A stretch of DNA of 41,113 nucleotides, taken from UHGV virus genome UHGV-0041836, one strand, 5' to 3'. The notes under the pieces were generated by a model. It was not told where the DNA came from. It saw nothing but the letters and a program-made list of their open reading frames with translations, and did not search any database. Shown here piece after piece: positions 37,213 through 41,113 of this stretch. The DNA is from a virus. Positions within the stretch are counted from its first letter, which is position 1; each line of letters starts with the position of its first letter. The position numbers were made by a program, and so were the translations under genes.

Positions 37213-37818
37213 ATGAGCAAAGAATTTTACGCAAGACTGGCAGCTATTCAGGAGAATCTGAACGCGCCAAAGAATCAGTACAACTCATTCGGCAAATATA
37301 AATACAGAAGCTGCGAAGATATTCTTGAAGGCGTTAAGCCGTTACTGAACGGTCTGTTTTTATCAATCAGCGATGAAGTTGTGTTGATTGGTGATCGGTA
37401 TTACGTGAAAGCCACGGCAACTATTACCGATGGCGAAAACAGTCATACGGCAACCGCTCTTGCACGAGAGGAAGAAAGCAAGAAAGGAATGGATTCTGCA
37501 CAAGTTACGGGAGCTACAAGCTCTTATGCACGCAAGTATTGCCTCAATGGTTTGTTCGGCATTGATGATGCGAAAGATGCAGATACAGACGAGCATAAAC
37601 ATCAGCAGAACGCAGCAGCAAAGCAATCAAAACCATCACTTACACCTGAACAGGTTCTAAAAGCATTCACTGACGCAGCAATGCAGAAAAACACCGTAGA
37701 AGAGCTTAAACAGGCGTTCGCCAAAGCGTGGAAGATGCTCGAAGGGACGCCGGAGCAGCACAAAGCGCAGGACGTTTACAACATCAGACGAGACGAATTA
37801 GAAGGGGCAACTGCTTAA
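37213..37818 (+). CDS. erf: Erf-family single-strand annealing protein
   Basis: MSKEFYARLAAIQENLNAPKNQYNSFGKYKYRSCEDILEGVKPLLNGLFLSISDEVVLIGDRYYVKATATITDGENSH matches P22 Erf as recalled; start at ATG 37213 (track ORF begins at 37183). Confidence 0.9.
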   Translation: MSKEFYARLAAIQENLNAPKNQYNSFGKYKYRSCEDILEGVKPLLNGLFLSISDEVVLIGDRYYVKATATITDGENSHTATALAREEESKKGMDSAQVTGATSSYARKYCLNGLFGIDDAKDADTDEHKHQQNAAAKQSKPSLTPEQVLKAFTDAAMQKNTVEELKQAFAKAWKMLEGTPEQHKAQDVYNIRRDELEGATA

Positions 37819-38201
37819 TGGCACATTCGATTACAGTAAGACTAAACAAACCCGCAAGAGAGTTTCAGGGCGGGGAAAATATCGGATTCAACATCCGTGC
37901 TGGCGTTCAGTATTACGATCGCCAGACAAAAAAGAAAGAATGGACAAACTACAGCGCCGTTGTATTTGCCAAGCCGGGAGCGCAAGCGGATTACTATCGT
38001 AGCGTTCTGGTTGAAGGAGGCATTGTAGAAATTACCGGAGAAAACATCAGGGTTGATGTTTATCAGGGGCAAAATGGTCAATCAATCACTCTTGAATTAC
38101 TGAATGCAAAGATTGGATTTGCAACTTCAGGAAACAGCCAACAGCAGCAAAGTAGCAATCATCAAAATAATCCTGAATACGACGATTCCATCCCATTCTG
38201 A
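37818..38201 (+). CDS. single-stranded DNA-binding protein-like (OB fold with SSB-type acidic C-terminal tail DDSIPF)
   Basis: 127 aa from ATG 37818 (TAATG overlap with erf stop); C-terminus ...QQQQSSNHQNNPEYDDSIPF resembles the SSB DDDIPF tail. Confidence 0.65.
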   Translation: MAHSITVRLNKPAREFQGGENIGFNIRAGVQYYDRQTKKKEWTNYSAVVFAKPGAQADYYRSVLVEGGIVEITGENIRVDVYQGQNGQSITLELLNAKIGFATSGNSQQQQSSNHQNNPEYDDSIPF

Positions 38202-38224
38202 TTTAGAAAAATAAGGATTTAATT

Positions 38225-38521
38225 ATGCCAGCGCCTTTGTATGGTGCGGATGACCCGCGCCGCTGTTCCGGCAATTCCGTATCGGAGGTGCTGGATAAAT
38301 TCAGAAAAAACTACGATCGAATAATGTCTCTACCGCAGGAAACGAAAGAGGAAAAGGAATTTCGCCACTGTATATGGCTTGCAGAGAAAGAAGAACGCGA
38401 GCGAATTTACCAGACATCAATCCGACCATTCCGCAAAGCCACATATACCCACTTCCCTGAATATATCGACCCGCGCCTGCGTAATTACCGCTCACGCTAT
38501 GGCGCTATCAGTAATGACTGA
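38225..38521 (+). CDS. abc2: Abc2-like anti-RecBCD protein
   Basis: 98 aa; MPAPLYGADDPRR...IMSLPQETKEEKEFRHCIWLAEKEER resembles P22 Abc2 as recalled; adjacent to erf as in P22. Confidence 0.6.
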   Translation: MPAPLYGADDPRRCSGNSVSEVLDKFRKNYDRIMSLPQETKEEKEFRHCIWLAEKEERERIYQTSIRPFRKATYTHFPEYIDPRLRNYRSRYGAISND

Positions 38522-38597
38522 GGAATTTACCATGAGAGGACTTGCTTAAGAGAAAGAGTTTCGGTTCTGTTAATGACAACAAATATCTGAATGCGAT

Positions 38598-39134
38598 GTG
38601 GCGGAGTGGGAAGAAATGAAACAAATGTCACTAATTGAGATGGATGGTTTTCTGAAAGGTAAATGCATCCCAAGTGATTTAAAGGTTAACGAAACAAACG
38701 CTGAATACCTTGTCCGTAAGTTCGGCGAACTTGAATCAAAACTGGAAACGGCGTTGCGGGAGTGTAGTTCTGCTGGAATCACGATTGATAACCTTGAGGC
38801 TAAATGCGCGAAGATGGCTGCTGAAAATACCTCACTTAAGCAATCTGAGAAGGAATTTAATGACTTTTGTCGTGAGGAGTTTAGCGAATGGGAAGATGAT
38901 GTTACTGAAACCCCAGCCACCGATGCTTTTCTGGCTGAAGTGCGGGCGCAGGGGGTGGATGCTGCTATAGAAGCTGCAAAAAATCTGGTGGCCCAAGAAT
39001 ATGAGTATAAGGATTTCAAAGCGGCGCAGAGTGATTGCTGTATGCACCCTGGTTCAGACCTGGTAGGGAAGGTTGAAATGACTGAGTGGTTAGTTGACTT
39101 TGCTGCCCAGCTTCGCAAAGGAGGCAACCAGTGA
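38598..39134 (+). CDS. hypothetical early-left (Ea-type) protein
   Basis: 178-aa acidic ORF with predicted coiled-coil; possible alternative start at 38616. Confidence 0.5.
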   Translation: MAEWEEMKQMSLIEMDGFLKGKCIPSDLKVNETNAEYLVRKFGELESKLETALRECSSAGITIDNLEAKCAKMAAENTSLKQSEKEFNDFCREEFSEWEDDVTETPATDAFLAEVRAQGVDAAIEAAKNLVAQEYEYKDFKAAQSDCCMHPGSDLVGKVEMTEWLVDFAAQLRKGGNQ

Positions 39135-39430
39135 CTGTATGTCTTATTGATAAACGTCGACGTGGGCAACAAATACCATCTGTTGAAATGCCGAATCACA
39201 CATGGTTTTGCGTACTTGATATCGATGGTATGGATACGTTGGTTGACACTCGTCATTACTGCGATACCGCAACAGCTACTCCGGCGAAAGCAAAGAAAAT
39301 GGCTGCTCTGATAGAAAACTGGACTCCACCTGATGGTTGGTGCAATGGGAATGATCGAGATTGGCACGAAAAAATGAAGGGCTATATCTGCGATTTTTTA
39401 CGTAAATGCAACGGCTTCAGGGGGATGTGA
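39131..39430 (+). CDS. hypothetical early-left protein (Cys-rich)
   Basis: 99-aa ORF, ATGA-coupled to the upstream ORF. Confidence 0.5.
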   Translation: MTVCLIDKRRRGQQIPSVEMPNHTWFCVLDIDGMDTLVDTRHYCDTATATPAKAKKMAALIENWTPPDGWCNGNDRDWHEKMKGYICDFLRKCNGFRGM

Positions 39431-39431
39431 T

Positions 39432-40004
39432 ATGACCAAAATTAACTATCAGGCACTGCGTGAGGCGGCAGAACGTGCAATTCCGGCAATGGAACGCCTG
39501 TTAATGTTGCCAGTTGATGATGATTTGTTAAGTGAACAGGAACTTAAGGATTACGGTGTGGATATTGATGCGCTCAACGCCTTCAAATTTCTGACCGGAC
39601 CAGAAACCGTGCTGGCGCTGCTGGATGAACGGGAAAGAAACCAGCAATACATCAAACGCCGCGACCAGGAGAACGAGGAAATTGCGCTAACGGTAGGGAA
39701 GCTGCGCGTTGAGCTGGAAGCTGCAGAGAAGCGCATTGCAGAACTGGAAGCCGAACCTGTAAGCCAAACTTACAAGTTGAACGAGCTGTCGGGCAACTAT
39801 CCGGTAACTCCGGATGGTTGGATAAGCTGTAGTGAGCGAATGCCCGCTCAAGATGATTGGATTTTAATTTATTCAAAGCACGGCGAGTATATGGCAGGAC
39901 AGGTACAAGGGGAATACGTGGAGTTGAGCGACGGCACTTTATCGTGGTTAGGGAACGCCTTGTACTGGATGCCTCTACCGGAACCGCCGCAGGAGGTTAA
40001 TTGA
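39432..40004 (+). CDS. hypothetical early-left protein with DUF551-like C-terminal domain
   Basis: 190 aa; C-terminal ...WISCSERMP...LSWLGNALYWMPLPEPP resembles DUF551 as recalled. Confidence 0.55.
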   Translation: MTKINYQALREAAERAIPAMERLLMLPVDDDLLSEQELKDYGVDIDALNAFKFLTGPETVLALLDERERNQQYIKRRDQENEEIALTVGKLRVELEAAEKRIAELEAEPVSQTYKLNELSGNYPVTPDGWISCSERMPAQDDWILIYSKHGEYMAGQVQGEYVELSDGTLSWLGNALYWMPLPEPPQEVN

Positions 40005-40288
40005 TGGTCTCCTTCGCGAAATATACGATTATTGACTGGATAGCATTCATTCAGGTTTTGCTCATCTGGTTTTATATGGCTTACAGGAGTGGACAGTGGA
40101 TTGTCAGTGTAGCCTGTAGCAATGGATGGCGTTGGTGGAACCGGAAGAATAAAAAAGCGCTGGCCTTGGATTCGTTTTACGAAGCATTCAATCTTAACAG
40201 CCTTAAGCCTGGTTCTGTCGTTGTAGTCACCACTCAAAGCGGCATGACGATACAAATTCACAAGCCAAAGGAGGAAGGTCGTGGCTAA
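40001..40288 (+). CDS. hypothetical protein with N-terminal hydrophobic segment
   Basis: 95-aa ORF, overlapping start/stop with neighbours. Confidence 0.4.
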   Translation: MMVSFAKYTIIDWIAFIQVLLIWFYMAYRSGQWIVSVACSNGWRWWNRKNKKALALDSFYEAFNLNSLKPGSVVVVTTQSGMTIQIHKPKEEGRG

Positions 40289-40565
40289 CCTGCAACTTGC
40301 CGTCAAAGGTGAATACTTCGATGCCATGATTCGCGGAGAGAAAACGGAAGAGTATCGCCTGTGTAATGACTACTGGAATAAGCGAATTATGTTCCGCGAG
40401 TATGACCGCCTGATTATCACGAAGGGATATCCGAAGCGCGACGATTCCAGCCGCAGAATTGATGTTCCGTATGGTGGATATGAAATCAAGACAATCACAC
40501 ATCCGCACTTCGGCGATAAACCGGTAAAGGTGTTCGCTATAAAGGTGAATATCGACAATGAATGA
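40281..40565 (+). CDS. hypothetical early-left protein
   Basis: 94-aa ORF MANLQLAVKGEYFDAMIRGEKTEEYRL...; overlapping start with the upstream ORF. Confidence 0.5.
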   Translation: MANLQLAVKGEYFDAMIRGEKTEEYRLCNDYWNKRIMFREYDRLIITKGYPKRDDSSRRIDVPYGGYEIKTITHPHFGDKPVKVFAIKVNIDNE

Positions 40566-40637
40566 TAATCCTCGCACTCGCGGGGATTTCTTTTATCTGA
40601 ACTCGCTACGGCGGGTTTTGTTTTATGGAGATGATAA

Positions 40638-40805
40638 ATGCACTTCCGAGTCACAGGTGAATGGAATGGAGAGCCATTCAACAGAGTTATCGAAGCAGAG
40701 AACATCAACGACTGCTATGACCACTGGATGCTGTGGGCGCAGATAGCACATGCAGACGTAACTAATATTCGAATTGAAGAACTGAAAGAACACCAAGCCG
40801 CCTGA
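40638..40805 (+). CDS. small hypothetical protein (55 aa)
   Basis: MHFRVTGEWNGEPFNRVIEAENINDCYDHWMLWAQIAHADVTNIRIEELKEHQAA; GGAG RBS 8 nt upstream; followed by a terminator. Preferred over the overlapping 62-aa track ORF (40558..40746). Confidence 0.4.
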   Translation: MHFRVTGEWNGEPFNRVIEAENINDCYDHWMLWAQIAHADVTNIRIEELKEHQAA

Positions 40806-40820
40806 TGGCGGTTTTTTATT
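40797..40820 (+). terminator. rho-independent terminator at the end of the early-left gene block
   Basis: CCGCC-TGAT-GGCGG followed by TTTTTTATT. Confidence 0.6.
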
Positions 40821-40827
40821 GCCTGAT

Positions 40828-40843
40828 TTGCAGGTTCGATTCC
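40828..40843 (+). other. 16-nt tRNA T-arm-like segment (TTGCAGGTTCGATTCC), candidate attP core or tRNA remnant
   Basis: Matches the T-stem/loop of a tRNA-Arg-type gene as recalled, but similarity does not continue to a tRNA 3' end. Confidence 0.35.
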
Positions 40844-40862
40844 CTATTCGGAGATAGCACTC

Positions 40863-41063
40863 ATGCAACACGAACTACAACCTGATTCACTGGTTGATTT
40901 GAAATTCATCATGGCCGATACTGGCTTCGGTAAAACCTTCATCTATGACCGGATTAAGTCCGGCGACCTGCCAAAAGCCAAAGTTATCCACGGGCGAGCA
41001 AGATGGTTATATCGTGACCATTGTGAATTCAAAAATAAGCTCTTAAGCCGCGCCAATGGGTAA
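40863..41063 (+). CDS. xis: AlpA/Xis-family excisionase-type DNA-binding protein
   Basis: 66 aa; LKFIMADTGFGKTFIYDRIKSGDLPKAKVIHGRARW matches the AlpA/phage excisionase winged-helix signature; immediately upstream of int across the window ends. Confidence 0.8.
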   Translation: MQHELQPDSLVDLKFIMADTGFGKTFIYDRIKSGDLPKAKVIHGRARWLYRDHCEFKNKLLSRANG

Positions 41064-41113
41064 AATAGCGGGTAAAATATTTCTCACATCTAAAAAACAC
41101 CATTCCAATCAAT

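Noticed and set aside
38570-39367. 265-aa minus-strand ORF
   Set aside because: Antisense to three co-oriented, translationally coupled early-left ORFs; Ser-rich low-complexity translation; no RBS.
40558-40746. 62-aa plus-strand ORF overlapping the 55-aa ORF in another frame
   Set aside because: Lacks an RBS, whereas the overlapping 55-aa frame has a GGAG RBS and ends in a terminator; cannot be fully excluded since its ATG overlaps the preceding stop.

Overview
The window reads as a complete or near-complete temperate phage genome, circularly permuted so that xis ends at the right edge (40863..41063) and int begins at the left edge (50..1207). It is a mosaic: a lambda-type regulatory and lysis backbone (cI/cro with TTACC-N4-GGTAA operators, N with nutL/nutR, cII, O with ori iterons, nin genes, Q, pR'/tR', S-R-Rz/Rz1) joined to a P22-like packaging and virion module (terS, terL, portal, scaffold, coat, gp4/10/26/14/7/20/16) and an immI-type arc/ant/mnt region. 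Two features point to an E. coli K1 capsule host: a 982-aa tailspike with sialidase Asp-boxes, and a NeuO-type O-acetyltransferase whose 5' end carries six tandem AAGACTC heptanucleotides (in frame). The most interesting unexplained cargo sits between mnt and gene 16: a ClpP-fold serine-protease-like ORF translationally coupled to mnt, a convergent Panacea(DUF4065)-domain ORF followed 5 bp later by a 140-aa toxin-like ORF, and a divergently oriented small secreted protein. Other observations include two tRNA genes inserted in the late leader, small membrane ORFs after cI and after ral, an early-left gene broken by an amber codon plus frameshift, a 16-nt tRNA T-arm-like segment upstream of xis, and clustered GGGTAAAA motifs at the xis/int junction. 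All family assignments are from reading the translations and from memory of lambda, P22 and related proteins; no database search was run.
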